This document shows positions 26,920-40,410 of a stretch of DNA of 64,000 nt, one piece after another. The DNA lies in NCBI GenBank assembly GCA_053919585.1, contig CM132793.1; one strand, 5' to 3'. The stretch comes from Euprymna scolopes. Its lineage: Eukaryota. The notes beneath the pieces are model-generated. The model saw nothing but the letters and a program-made list of their open reading frames with translations, was not told the DNA's origin and searched no databases. A program made the position numbers and the translations under genes. Position 1 is the stretch's first letter. Every line of letters starts with the position of its first letter.

Positions 26920-27640
26920 TCTTATTCATCTCAAACAAAGCAGATTGCCACTTGGAAATTCCTGCATGTCAGTACAGTTAGGGAAGCAGGAAACAGGGAG
27001 GGAATTTCAAAGTCTAGCGCTAGCAGCTCGAGGAAACAAATTATTAGAGTCGAAAACTTTCTAGAGATGTCTACAGTAAATGGGTGAGATTTTGTTAATT
27101 GGGTTAGTTGGAGATATTTACCTTAAGAGGGCACAAGCACTATAGGGTTCTCAAAGCGCATTCCATTAAAATGCTTGTAAAACAGGCACAGGGTTGCAGG
27201 ATTGTGTCGATGAGACAGAAGCTTGAGGTTGGTTGATAGTGTGAGACCTATCGGGTTGAATAATCTTTTTTTGAACCCTGTCTAGTGGTTAGATACACCA
27301 GCCTAGATGTAGCAACAACACTTCATGCATGGACGATTGGTTACTTTGTATAGATAGAGGATACTGATAGGTGTGAATAGTTTTCTAGGATGGTAGAGGG
27401 GTCCCACCTTCTTTGCAGCAGGTTTGGCAATGTCTTCAATGTATTTGTTTCCATTCACATTGCCCGTGAATGTTATGCTGAAGAATTTGAAGAATGAGCT
27501 CTCAAGTAGGGTATTATTTATCATGGCAATCAGTGATTGAAAAGTTTTCTTGTAATTCTTAAAGAAAATAAGTTTAGTGTTGACAGCATTGAATGTTACC
27601 ATTCATTTATGTCTCATTTCACTACAGACTGGAGGCCATG
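26920..27640 (-). mobile_element. CR1-type LINE fragment, same subfamily as the 41.5-kb element
   Basis: VTFNAVNTKL...YIEDIAKPAAKKVG...ILYLYK..RPCM.CC.I. Confidence 0.88.
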
Positions 27641-28510
27641 TGTTGTGTAATTAATCTTAATCTAACTTTGTTGTAATTTGTTTCTATTTTTTTTTTTTTT
27701 TTTTTTCTACTGCCTACTTTATTTCCAAACTCTATCAACTACTTCAGCTTTATTGTTATCCGAACCCTCTTGGATGTGACATAAAACTACATGTAGGTCT
27801 ATAATACTGGAATTCGTTACCATTACTCTCGAGTCCATTCTTAGTTGGAGTAGTAGCACTTGTTATGATCGCTAGAAAAATACCTGTCCCAGGACAAATA
27901 AAATTCTCCCGACAAAACAGTTTTGTATCACTTTTATGTCTCTCTATGAAAACTAAAATCAATATATAATGATACTAAGCATTATGTCTTGAATCCTTAT
28001 TCCAATTTTGATAAAAATCCATTATGTCCTTTGATTCTCGAAAATTTCTAAAATTTAAGGCTTAAGCATTAGTGGTCTTAAAAAGAAACTGAAATTCAAG
28101 GAATCTTACGTCATTGGTGTCTAATGACTATGAATTAAATTCAATGTAAATCTAAAATATTTCAATTTTTAAATCGGAGGTTATGCTCTTATGCCTTGTA
28201 GAACCCGGAAAAGAGTTGATGTTCCATAAAACAAAACTACCAAACCAAATACCAATGAATAAATATGTGAATATATTGAGGATTTGAAGCATAGAATTTT
28301 TTACTAAAGTGACTGTATTTCAACATTAAAAAAAATGTTGATATGCCTTAAAATAAAACAAATAACCAGAAACCAGATATTTATTTATCTTTGCTTTTCA
28401 CAAGAATGAATAAACCTTTTTCCATAAAACAATTTGAAAACAAACAAATATTCATTCTGTCCTGCAAATGTCCGATTGAACCAAGTCACAAATGAGATTT
28501 GCAATTGTTA

Positions 28511-29123
28511 TCTATATACCTATAAAAGTGAGAATGTGTGTGAGGACACTTTTTAACCTATATACTCAATGAATTTTTGATCTACAGATTTGAAATTTGG
28601 TATATAGGCTATTCAGACATGTGGAACACTTTTTAATCCGGGGGAGGGGGGGGAGGGCTGCTAAGAGGTCAAAATTGAAAAAATTAGTACCTGAGAGGCC
28701 ACAGGATTTTTATTTGTTTTCAACTGTTTCACAATTGCACATGCACGGTCGTAAAATATGACAGCTTTCCTTATGTTAAAATATAAGTTGGGTTAAAAAC
28801 GCTCATTAAAAGGCATGTGAAGCTGGTGTAATGGTTATTGTACTTGACTCACTCTCTTTAGGTTTAGGGTTCGATCTCGGCTTGAGTATTTTTTATTTAT
28901 TTAGAAGAAGTGAACTGTATAGAAAAAACATAATATTCGCATACACATGTCTCAGTTTCTTTCCGTTGTTTTTTACTGTATCTTTTTATTTTTTTGTAAA
29001 CGAATTTGACGTTACGTTTATTACCTCCGATATTTCTGTTTCTAATAAATAAGAATTCTACATTAATTAAAATATAATATTTATGTGTATTTTAAGACCG
29101 AGCAACGCCGGACAGCCTGCTAG
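28511..29123 (+). mobile_element. Helitron-like element (family C)
   Basis: a|TCtata...tataaaagtgagaatgtgtg...ccgagcaacgccgg...CTAG|t; homologous to 36532-37007. Confidence 0.82.
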
Positions 29124-29680
29124 TAATTATATAAAACTCACTCCGCCTTCTTCTAATTAGAGTGCATTTGAAAAGTTAATTGCTGCAGTAATTACAATGT
29201 TGAAAGCTATTCGCGTTATTGTAGAATTCTTTGTAATGTTACCTTCTGAATTGTAGGGGTTGTGAGGTAAATCTATTTTGAATTATTTTACTGGTTTCTT
29301 TCCTAATTCATTTTTTGGCAGTGAGGTAGGTCTAAGAAAGTTGGATGTTATTTGCTTTCCTTTCATTTTCCTTTTCTTCTTCCTTACTCGGAAGTGGTTT
29401 CGTTTGAAGGGGGGCGAACTTAAAAAGGTAGGTTTTACCATATTGGTTGTTCTCTCTCTTTTTGTTTTTTTATTTTTCTCAAAATGCAAATTAAATTTGC
29501 AAAATGTTGGAAATAACTAATGATGGCTCTCTCTGACACAGGAGTTGGGTGGGGGTGAAAGGTTTCCAACTGTAAGCATAGCAGTAATAGCTGCCCAACT
29601 ACTTAGAGTTCTTGCAAATTTTTTGAGCTTTATAGTTTTCCATTTAAATTTCGTGATCCATTTTCAGATTGGGTCAGGTG

Positions 29681-30613
29681 CAAGGTGCCTTCAATAAGTT
29701 TCCAAACATTTTTATAAAGGCATTCCAAATTGTCGTAGACTCTTGAAAATTCGGTATGTTATTGCTATACATCCTATGAGATGACTGACCAATTCTTATG
29801 ATTTCAGGTTCAGATGAACAGCTACAGCAGGAATTGGAATGCACCATACTAAAGCGTGATTCTCACAGTTGGTAAATTTCAAAAATGCAATCTGGACGTG
29901 AAAACACTTTACAAGAACGATTTGCAATAAAATTCTGTTTTAAATTTGGAAAAAATGCCACAGAAATGTATGGAATGCTTCAGACTGCTTTAGGACCATC
30001 TTGCATGAATCGAGCATCAGCTTTTGAGTGACATAAGAAATTCAAGGAAGGCAGGGAATCTGTGAGAGGTGTGGGAGGAGTAAGGAAGTCAGAACACCAG
30101 AGTTGATTGGCCAAATAAAGAATTTTATGGATAACGACCGTCATGTGTCTATAGACACAATAAGTGCACAGTTTTGATGTTGGTGTGAGAACTGTACACA
30201 CAGTTATTCACGAGGAACTGAAGATGCAGAAGATTTGTGCAAATGCACCAGTCCACAACTCCATGCTTGTCACAGACTAGTTAACCAAAATGGGCAGCAA
30301 GATAGTTCCTCACTCTCTCTATAGTTCAGACCTTGCTCCCTGTGATTTTTGATTATTACCTAAGCTCAAGGGAAACGTTAGAAGCTATCGTTATGAGACA
30401 ATTGAGAAGATGAAAGAGGTTGTGACAAGGGTCATTGACATGCTCACACAAGAGGTCTTCCTTGGGGCCTTCCAGAAGTTGTTAGAACGGCACAACAAGT
30501 GCATTGCAGCTGGAGGAGATTACTTCGAAGGTGACTACTAGAGTTTCATGTGTGTACGATCAATAAAAGTGGCCATACAAAAAAAAGTCTGGAAATTTAT
30601 TGAAAGCACCTCG
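29681..30613 (+). mobile_element. Internally deleted mariner element
   Basis: TIRs caaggtgccttcaataagtttcca / tggaaatttattgaaagcacctcg; decayed transposase including the YSSDLAPCDF motif. Confidence 0.92.
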
Positions 30614-30778
30614 TTGTTTTGTGGTAAATAAGATCTTTGTGTTGAACGCAACATGCAGAAAATTATACAGAAGGGTCATTTTCTCGAACATTGCAAAAGA
30701 AAAACTGAAGAATAAAACTAAACAACTGTTGCAAACGTGAAAAACATGCTTTTTCATGTTGAGCCCTTTCATATTATA

Positions 30779-31834
30779 CTAGCGGGGGGTACCCGGCGTT
30801 GCTCGGGTGTTTGGAGGTGTGTGTGGTTTTGGGTAAATCAAAACTTTGGTGGGGTAGGGGGTGGGGGTTAAAATAAAAAAAAAGTTTTGGTAGGTAAGTA
30901 TGAGGATCGAACCTGAACCCTTGAGGCAAAGTTGGAAATTAAAGTGTGAAAAAAAAAAACATGCGACGTTAACCATTGGGCCACCGCGAAATACTAACGG
31001 AAACACGTTTGAATTTATTTAACTATTTAGAATTGGCAGGTGCACGTTTTAATGACTTAATGAGGTCAATTGACTGTGGGATAGTATTTCATTTACTGCG
31101 GGAACGCTTTTTTATTTTTATTTTCCCAAGATGTTGGAGGGGGGGGGGCCAAAACAAAAGAATAAGCGAAGTAATCACCCTGTTCAAATATTATATATAA
31201 AAAAAGTTAAATCTTAAAAAAAAAAATTGAAAAAAAAACAAACTAATGTAAGGCAGACAAACGATGTTAAAATTTCTTAAAATCGGAAAAACAAAAACAT
31301 AAAAAGAAAACGCAAATGTGATGGAAAAAACCCAGAAAGACGACCGTTAAAATTTCTTTAAAAAATCTGAAAAAAAAAACAAAAAAACATAGAACGTGAA
31401 AAATTGCTTAAGTAACCCTGTTTCAATATTAAAATTTAAAAAATCGCAAAAAAAAAGACATCCAACACCATGATTCGAACTTACAACCTTTAGATAATTA
31501 CGCCGACTTCTAATCAAGTAAGCTAAGATGACGGTGACGAAATTGGGTCGTTTTTTTAAATATTTAAACTAAATAATATTCCGACGTCATTTGCGCATGT
31601 GTAGAAGCCATCTTGTCATGAGAGGACGGTTTTTGCTGCCCCCTCCCTGTATAAAAATGGCTAGTTTAGGGTGAAGGAATTAATGTTTTTGGCCAATTTT
31701 TCAATATTTGTCGGGTGAAGGTTCGGGCTTAAAAATGATACCAATCTTGTGAAAAGCCGTGGCCTGTGTCGAAAGTTTTTGCGAGACATACACACATACA
31801 TACATACATACATTTTCGCTTTTATATATATAGA
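30779..31834 (-). mobile_element. Helitron-like element (family A), inverted relative to 13040-13907
   Basis: a|ctag...acccggcgttgctcgggt at the left end, cattttcgcttttatatatataga at the right end, shared internal sequence. Confidence 0.82.
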
Positions 31835-33380
31835 TAGATGAAAGGCTGCCTTCTTGTTCCGGCATTTCATTGGACAAAAGTTGGTAGAATAGTGCAGTGA
31901 GTCATAAAATTCTGTAATCATCTTAGTGTTTTGCAGGAATGGGTGTATTTGAAGTTTAAAGGAAAAAGATTTGCCTTTTTTTCTGTTCTTGGCCTTCGGA
32001 CCAAGATGCAAGAGGTAATTTGTCTCGGTCAATGAAGGGGAAACCCTCTATACTGAGACAATTATTATTTTTGGTCCCTACCAGAGTGCCCCTTCTGCCC
32101 TTTTTTTTGAGGAAGCTGGTTTCCCCCCACATTAAAAACGATCTTGTGTCACATTTTGCATTCGTGGGGAAGCAAATAAATACTAATTTTAAAGAGGAGC
32201 CCTGCCCCATAGCAGGTGGAGAGGAGGGAGACACTTAAGGGAGCAACACCTATCATGGACGTGCATCAGAAGCAGAAATATGTGATTAATTTCCTAGCAA
32301 AAGTGCATTGACAATGATGTTGATTATGTAGACAAATACCTTCTAGAGCACAAAAAGTCACTACTTTTAATGGTACCATCTAGGCTTTGTAGCTCTTCAA
32401 CTTTTGAGTAAAAAAAAAAAAAAAAAAAAGGCTTTACTTTTGGAACGACTCCTATAGATTATTTAACTTTTTTTTCTGTACAGAACGCACGCATGCACAC
32501 AAGTTCTGCACCATTCTGATTTTCGCATTTTTATTTTTTTAAGAATTTTTTTTTTTTCTATTTTAGATTTCTAAAATGTCTTGAAGCTTTTTAGATTGAA
32601 ATTGAAACTGATTTTATCGTTTTAATTTCATCTGAAATGCGCACACACTCAATAGATTTAAATATAGATGTTTCTACTTTTTCATTTAATACATACATGC
32701 ATTTATTTAAATTCTCAATGTTCTCGTTAGTTCTATACATTTTGTATTAGCTATATCAAAGCAGCAGTTATTTTCATCCATAACAAAGTCTTTCTTTAGC
32801 AGCCATATCCACTTGTATTATTCATTTCATATGGATATCTCCTTCATGACGACTTTATCCATTTAACATCACAAACTTATTTGCTGCCGGTGAATATGTT
32901 TTATTTATTTGCTTTCTTTTTTAAGCTTCCAAAAGGAAACGCATTTTTTTTTCATTATCCTTATTTAATAGGCTTACATTTCACTGGTACTTTTGTAGAT
33001 GTTAAACTGCATAACCCAAGTTTAATAACGGTAAAACAAACGAAAAGAATCCCTTGATACTAGAAATATATTTAGTTTTTTTCTTTATGCCGGTCTTATA
33101 AAATTGATGGGTAAATTTCTTAGAGGGTTTTACATTGCAAGTGATTTTCCAAGTGGTGATTAGAAATAATAAAATACTTATCTTTTGGCGATTGTGTGTG
33201 TGTGTTTTTTTTTCACGGATAATCTTCCAAAGTTCACTACTGAATAAAAAAAAGGTAAATTAAATGTCTTATTTACACTGACAAACAACAATAGTTATTG
33301 CTTGTGTATTAATAAGTATCTGTTTTGAATGAACTCTTTTTCACAGTTTATATATATAAATATTTTATTATATATAAATA

Positions 33381-33940
33381 CTAGCAGGATGTCCAGCGTT
33401 GTCTGGTCGTGAAATATGCTTTAATATTATATTTTAATTCATGCACATTTCATATTTCTTATTATAGAGCCACTTCTCTATTGAATCTTATATTGTGCCT
33501 AATATATAGTAGTAGTGATTTTAAAAGTAAAAAAAAAAAGAAAAAAAAAAAGAAAAAAAAAAGACTTATGTGCCATCAGCTAGAATCGAAACTGAAACAT
33601 ATAGTCTTATCCGTTAGCGTATGATGACCTAAATCCATATGTATACAAAAACTGCAAAAAATAACGGTGTTTAACCTATAATAATTTTTAATTAACGCAT
33701 GTGCAGAAAAAAAAAGAGTATAGTCGATTTACGCCAGGTCATGGCCAATGTCTTTTTTTAATTTTTTTTTTTTTTGATTTTGACATATTAACAACTATTT
33801 TACCAGCTAAAAACCAAGTCAAAAGTGTACTACAGGTTCAAATACTCTATATATCAAATTTCAACTCTGTAGATTCAGAGAGGAATTTGGTAGAATTTTT
33901 CCACACACATCAACAAGGTCACTTATATATATATATATAT
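33381..33940 (-). mobile_element. Helitron-like element (family D); related 3' parts at 34080-34514(+), 35400-35567(+) and 4600-4996(-)
   Basis: a|ctagca...cgttgtc.g.tc...aaatatgctt 3' end recurs at all four sites. Confidence 0.7.
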
Positions 33941-35566
33941 ATATTACATAGATATTTCCAAGTGTTAGAACGTTTTCATCTTAAATTCTATACAATTATG
34001 CAGAATATAGAAACTATGCATAAATAGAATTGAGTATAATAATGAAATGAAGCCAATCATCTAATAAGAAACCATAAAAAGTTAATAAGTAATTAACGCT
34101 CGTTTTTTAAAGTTACATCCGAGTCGTTTAATTGTTATGTACTTCCATTTCTTGTTATGAAGAATTCTTGGTAAAATTATTTATAAGTTTTGGTTTCGAT
34201 TATAGCTGATGGCACTTAAGTCATCTATTTTTTTTTTTTTTTTTCATAAATAATTTTATCAAGAATTCTTCAAATGTTTTGGTTTCGGTTTCGATATGGC
34301 TGAAGGAACTCCAAGTTAAAGTTTTTATTTCTGTTTCGATTCAAGCCAATGCACTCAAGTCATATGGATATATATTTTTTGTTTTAAATCGCAACTTTAT
34401 AATATATAAAAATCGATAGAAAATTAACTATAATAATATATATACGAAATCTGCAAGAATTAAAATATATTTAAGCGTACTTTACGACCGGGCTTTGCTG
34501 AGCGTTCATGCTAGTTTAGATATATACTTTTGCAATTTTAACAAAAAAAAAAAAAAGAAACAACACAATAATATCAGGGCGTCTCCATTTACGCTGAACA
34601 TCTACAGAATACCAACATCAATATATTACATATGAACGAGTCCCCTGTGGAATTTCCACAGGTCCCGCTAGTCTTTATAAAAAGGATAAAAAAATTTGAA
34701 CATTCTTTGACGAAGCCAAACTACAGAATAGTTAACAACCTCCGTGTCAAGAATTGTTTTCTGAATACGCACATTATTATTTAGAAAATTATTTTTGAGA
34801 TAGGGAGGAGCGTTTTGTAAACTATTCTTTCTACACCGTCTTCTTATTGAGCATACCAATCGTTGACTATTTTCAATTGTCCATGAAAAAAATTGAAATA
34901 GCTTTAAAGCTGAACCTTGCAAAGCAGCATTGTTTTAAAAGAAATATGAATTTTCATTTGTCTCACAGTTACAGTCGAGCAATTACAAGGAAAATGTTTG
35001 AGAAAAATATTTATAAAGATTTATTTGTTAATATACATCCCCATCGACCAGTATACAGTTTACGTTTTAAAGAAAAATATATGCAGATGATGTTACATGG
35101 GATTTTTCAGTAGTTAAAGATTGTTTTGCTTTAAATATTTAATTAAATATTGAGAAATTTTAAGATTCTGAATTGGAATCGGTTATTTTCATCAAAATTA
35201 GGAAAAATTTTGGAATCGTCCCATCACTAATATATAATTATTAAACTCTGTGGACCTTGCCTTTGCTTGAATCTTCAATGATCGGACGATTCCATCTTTA
35301 AAAAAGGGATGACAGGTGAATATATATATATAATGTGTGTGTGTGTGGGAGGGGGCATGGCTCAGAGGGTGGGAGTTGTATGGTTTCCATTTTAGCTGAT
35401 AACGCCCAAATCATATTTATATATTTTTAGTTTTGATCTCACTACTATATATTAGGTTCAGTATAATGATAAAGAATTGTTTCTATAATAATAGTCCTAA
35501 TTTATATGAATTAAAATATTATATTTAAGCATATCTTATGACCGGGCAATGCCAGGAGTCCTGCTA

Positions 35567-35612
<46 letters not shown>

Positions 35613-36531
35613 ATATTCATAGTATTTATATTAACATAGGACATTCTACAATCAATCTGAAGAAGCAGTTTGAAACCATGTCAGAACTGGAAATCATCAT
35701 TGTGATGCACTTGACATTTTATTGCATTGACAAGTTTTCCCACAGTCGTTGTATGGAATGGATTTGTAGTTCAGTCGATGTACATTTACTTAAATAAATG
35801 TAAAAATTGATCTCATTTCTTGCACTACGAGTAAAATGTCAAAACGCCTTATTTTAAGTTAAATTAACTTTATATAATAGACACACCATCTAATTTGCAT
35901 ATTGGTTGAAGGAGGACATTTTAGTAATTAACTATTTGTTATTTTTAATTTATTCATTCATTTCGGATGAATCAGATGATTCCATTGTTGGCATTGGTTT
36001 CCCCGATATCTTTCTAGTTAGAATTCTTTCTAGAAAGACATCAGGAACTTACAGGCAAGGCCATATGAAGATTGGCTGCATCCTAAGTAAAAGTGTTTTT
36101 GTAGAACGAGCTGGATTCGAACTTTGCACACTCGAATCCAGCCACTGTCAACTCCCAAACTTTGATGGAATGATGGTTTTGCGATATTTTTTTTTTTTTT
36201 TTAAGATAAATATTTAGTATTTGTTGGATGTTCCTTTCTTTAGAAGTACCAACATATTTTCAACAAGTTGTAATCTATTTCTAAATTTCAAGCAAAAAGT
36301 AAAATTTCTTTTCTTTCCTTATGGTCGTTAAGTTTAAAAGATGTTATGAGCAAAAAGGAAGTATTTTTTTCATGTTTATAATATTTAAATTGATTTAAAT
36401 TGATTTAAATCAATTTAAATCAGTACACTTTGCAAAGACCAATGTTTATAATGAATTGCATGAACATATTGGGAGCGTTTGGATTTGGGATTTAAGAAAG
36501 AATTTGAACAGACTACTGGAATTTATATTAA

Positions 36532-37007
36532 TCTATCTATTTATAAAAGTGAGAATGTGTATGAGGACACTTCTTAACCTATATATACTCAATGAATTTT
36601 TGATCTACTGACTTGGAATTTGGTATATAGGATATTCAGACATGTGGAAAACTTTTTAATCGGTTTTCATCTGGAAAAAGAGCTGCTAAGGAGTCAAAAT
36701 TGGAAAATTGGTACTTGGGTGTCATCAGATTTTTATTTGTTTGTCAACTGTTTTACAAGGTTTGAAAACACTTTATAAAGAGCGTGGCAAGCTGGTCTAA
36801 TGGTTATCGTACTTGACTTACTGTCTTTAGGTTTTGGTTTCGATCTCGGCTCGAATACTTTTTTTTACTTACAAGAAGTGAACTGTTTAAAAAAAACAAA
36901 AAACAATACTAGCATCTAAGTTTCTTTCCGTTTTTTTTTACTTAATTTATTTTTTTTAAAGGAATTTAATGTTACGTTTAATCCCGAGCAACGCGGGGTA
37001 CATCTAG
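36532..37007 (+). mobile_element. Helitron-like element (family C)
   Basis: Same 5' region as 28511; cccgagcaacgcggg hairpin and CTAG|t. Confidence 0.82.
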
Positions 37008-38069
37008 TTTGTGATAAAATAAAAAGTAAAACAAAGTTAATAAATAATGAAACAGTTTTAATGAAAAGAAAAATAATTACAATTTATTGTTTTTTGAATG
37101 ATTAATCTTCAAATGGTATTGTTTTTATTGAGTTGGTCAAAGAAATAGACACATGAATAAGCTGCATGAGTATCCCCTGTTTTCAAGTAAGAATGTAATG
37201 TGTCTTCCTTATCTTCTTTTACACACCGTTTTTTTTCTTCTTCATGTAACAAGAGTTTCCACTGTTAAACTTGTGAACTAGAAAACCAGATGTTCATATA
37301 ATTTTCAATGTAATGTCCACACGTGACCACGACGACCACCACTACCGGAAATGTCCACCCTACATTATCAGTCAAGAAATAGTTTAATGTTTAGAAAATT
37401 TTAAATGAGAAACTATTTTAGTAGGTAAAAGTTTCAGTTTATTTTATTAAAAAAACAAAAAAACAAAAACAAAAAAAAATAAAATAACTAACTTATTTTC
37501 TTTTAAAATACAATAAACCTTTTAGAAATGGCACCACTGATTGTGGAGCATCTCATCATCCCAACAACACTTAACTTGCTTTTATGTTGATGCCAAGGCC
37601 TAGATAACATATTCTATGAGTAATTCAATACTTTAAGTAATAACGCCTCCCCTCTCCCTCTTCAATTTTTTTAATGTATTCCTTGAACTTCCTACTTTTT
37701 TTTTTTTTTTTTTTTACTTTCAGTTTGTGTGTGTGTTTGCTTTTTGTAACCATGTAATCAGATAATTTTTTGAAAAATAAGACTGGTTATTTTGATGTAT
37801 TCATTCAATCTGCATATTTAGTGGTGAAAATGCTATATCAAACTTAGGTGTGACAGACCAAATAAAATGCTATATCAAACTTAGGTGTGATTAAAAAAGC
37901 GTGATTAATATTCAGACAAAGCTAGGGATTCAAGGACATAAAAGATTCATAAATGATATTTTCAACCTAAACTGCTCACACAATTTGCTGATATTTGTTA
38001 AAATGTATTTGTGATCTGGTCTGATAGGTTGGCTTTAATTATTAAAAATGATGTTTTTGTATAATTTGA

Positions 38070-38270
38070 TCACAGTTATACATTTTTTTTGTCATTATTA
38101 TTTTATTCTTAATTATAGTTATACATATTTTTATTATAGTTATACATAATTTAGTCATAGTTATACATAGTTTTTATTATAGTTATACATATTTTAATTA
38201 TAGCTATACATAATTTAATCATAGTTATACATTATTTTTGTCATTATTATTTCATTCTTAATTATTTTGT
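38070..38270. repeat. AT-rich ~21-bp tandem repeat with a tatagttatacata core
   Basis: About 7 copies of agttatacat. Confidence 0.85.
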
Positions 38271-39725
38271 TTTATTCTTAAATATGTCGACATGATCTTC
38301 TTCGAATACATTTTTATTTTTAGATGCATCTTATGAAATACTATTTTCAATGATAAATTTGAAACTTTAACTGAACGTTTCTTGAGAAATATTGGTTTTT
38401 GTCCATTTTTTTTTACTCTCTTTACTAAACCCATCTTGCAATTGATAGTGGTTGCTTGGTTTCATCAAGTGATTCACTGTTGCAAAAACGAAGTTTGTTT
38501 ACTGATTGCAAGAGCCCTTATCTTCCAAACACTTGTCTAATTGTAAACACCCATATTTCACCATGAAATTCTCATTATCATTTAACATATTTGTTGCAGC
38601 TGCTGCTGCTTTTGCAAGAATAGAACTGTTATCTTTTGTACAACTTAATGAAGCCCATTTTCTTATACTATCGCATGGTAGAGAGGGGGAAGAGGAGCGC
38701 ATATGCTTTTAAATATGCAAAAATATTGGATAGTGAGAAGTTATTACTGTTTTTTTTGAGAAATAGCATTTTCTTTGGGAGGAGGTATTTTTTATGTTAT
38801 TAATTTTCTGTTATTGAAGGAGCCTATTTATGAAGTTCAACTTGGGTTTTTTTTCTCTATGATTAAGGAACCATTGAATGATAGCATTGCCAAAGTAGGA
38901 AACTCACCCTTTTCTTTATGCATTGGATAATTCTATCCAGGATATTTTTACTTACTAATCTTAAGTCAGAAAGGGCACATCAACCTAATAGAAGGCTTAT
39001 CCTGCAAATTAGATTTGTGATCTACAAGAGAAAATCTTGGGGCGCCAGTGGTTTAGGATTTCAGTATAACTGTGAATATTCATATATTTTAGTACATTTT
39101 TAGCCTTGTTGTTTATTCTATTTAGTGTATGGGGGTGGAGAAATTTTATAAGATTTGTTAAGTCTTGTAACCTTTAAATCCAAATCTTTACAGAAACTTA
39201 TAATGTGAGATCTACCAAATTAACAGAACTACCTTAACTTGCTAACTTTGAAGTATGCATACTGTTTGTCTCAACTTTATGGTAAAATGCTCCAATTAAA
39301 AATTTAAGTTGACCATCTAAGGACTTTTGAACTCTAATCTATCTGGATTTATTGATCGGATTTTGTCATTTGACTGTATCAGGATTCATGGTCAACATTT
39401 TCAATATCTTTGAAAATCTAAATCACTTTTTCGAACGTTACAATTTTCAAAGTTTTCAATTTTTGTGCTAACTAGCAATTCTATACTTTTATTTTCTACT
39501 TATTTTCCTCTGAAGAAAAAAGCCTAATTTTTTCAAACTTTATGGAATAAGGAAATAATCTTTTGTATTTTTTATTTCTTACTTTAAAAAAATAAATTTT
39601 GTAAATGTAAATTTGCACCATTTAATTCCTTTTGTATGTTGATGCTATATCTCTAACATTGAGCATTTTTTTCAGGATAGGATTGAATCTATAAATATTA
39701 ATATTGATATTTGTATTACCACTAT

Positions 39726-39780
<55 letters not shown>

Positions 39781-39832
39781 TTGAATTTGTCATATAAGTA
39801 TGTCAAACTTCGCTTGAAGCATTGTTTATTGG

Positions 39833-40200
39833 ATAAAAGGTATGTTTGAAGGCTCGTCAATGCAGGAATTATTCAGTCCTTGTAAACAGATAAATAAATA
39901 AATAATGATAATTCAATAGTTTTCTATAAATATTTATTTACCTGATTATAGATGGTATATTCTCAACTGTAGATGGTATATTGCGGCAGCATAAAGAGTA
40001 GATATACATTTTCTACTTTTTGAAAACGGGAATTGCTCCTGAAAGTATTTGAAGAATGTACCATCTACAGTCGAGAATATACCATGTATACTCAGGTAAA
40101 TAAATATTTATTGAAAACTATCGAATTATCATTATTTATTTATCTGTTTACAAGGACTGAATAATTCCTTCACTGACAAGCCTTCAAACATACCTTTTAT
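39833..40200. repeat. Foldback inverted repeat with ~150-bp arms and a ~70-bp spacer
   Basis: 39833-39982 (ataaaaggtatgtttgaaggc...gtagatggtatatt) is the reverse complement of 40055-40200. Confidence 0.92.
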
Positions 40201-40285
40201 ACATAAGAATTAATTTGTGTAATATATATATATGATTGTTGAGCTGGATTACATCCAACGATATGAAATAAAATAGAGGTGAAAG

Positions 40286-40342
40286 GACCTGAATACTCAA
40301 CGTTTCACCCGATTTATGCAGGCTTTTTCAAGAGGGATGGTC
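40286..40342 (-). ncRNA. Type I hammerhead ribozyme motif (U3-A8 core variant), left arm of the palindrome
   Basis: Minus strand reads GACC-AUCC-CUC UUGAAAA A GCCUG-CAUAAAU-CGGGU GAAA CGUU GAG-UAUUCA-GGUC. This gives stem I with an internal loop, stem II, and a palindromic ACGU stem III. Confidence 0.65.
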
Positions 40343-40354
40343 ATTGACGTCAAT

Positions 40355-40410
40355 GACCATCCCTCTTGAAAAAGCCCGCATAAAGTGGGCGAAAGTTGAG
40401 TATTCAGGTC
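40355..40410 (+). ncRNA. Type I hammerhead motif, right arm of the palindrome, with one nucleotide missing in stem III
   Basis: GACC-AUCC-CUC UUGAAAA A GCCCGC-AUAAA-GUGGGC GAAA GUU GAG-UAUUCA-GGUC. Confidence 0.5.

Noticed and set aside
28812-28886. Functional tRNA gene
   Set aside because: A/B-box-like motifs only, no intact cloverleaf, and embedded in a repeated Helitron-like element.
29380-29435. Candidate POMGNT1 promoter or first exon (CGGAAGT motif then AAG|gtaggt); alternatives near 34560-34860 and 37315-37360
   Set aside because: Short motifs only; the TSS cannot be placed without transcript data.
33381-34514. Composite element with Helitron 3' ends as TIRs
   Set aside because: The left element has its own 5' end near 33940, so two independent insertions explain the pattern.
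37827-37890. 27-bp direct repeat with a 10-nt spacer, CRISPR-like
   Set aside because: Only two copies, the spacer is too short, the context is eukaryotic and there are no cas genes; it is a simple local duplication.
38499-38712. Overlapping short ORFs with poly-Ala
   Set aside because: Explained by a short GCT repeat; no recognisable homology or convincing splice sites.
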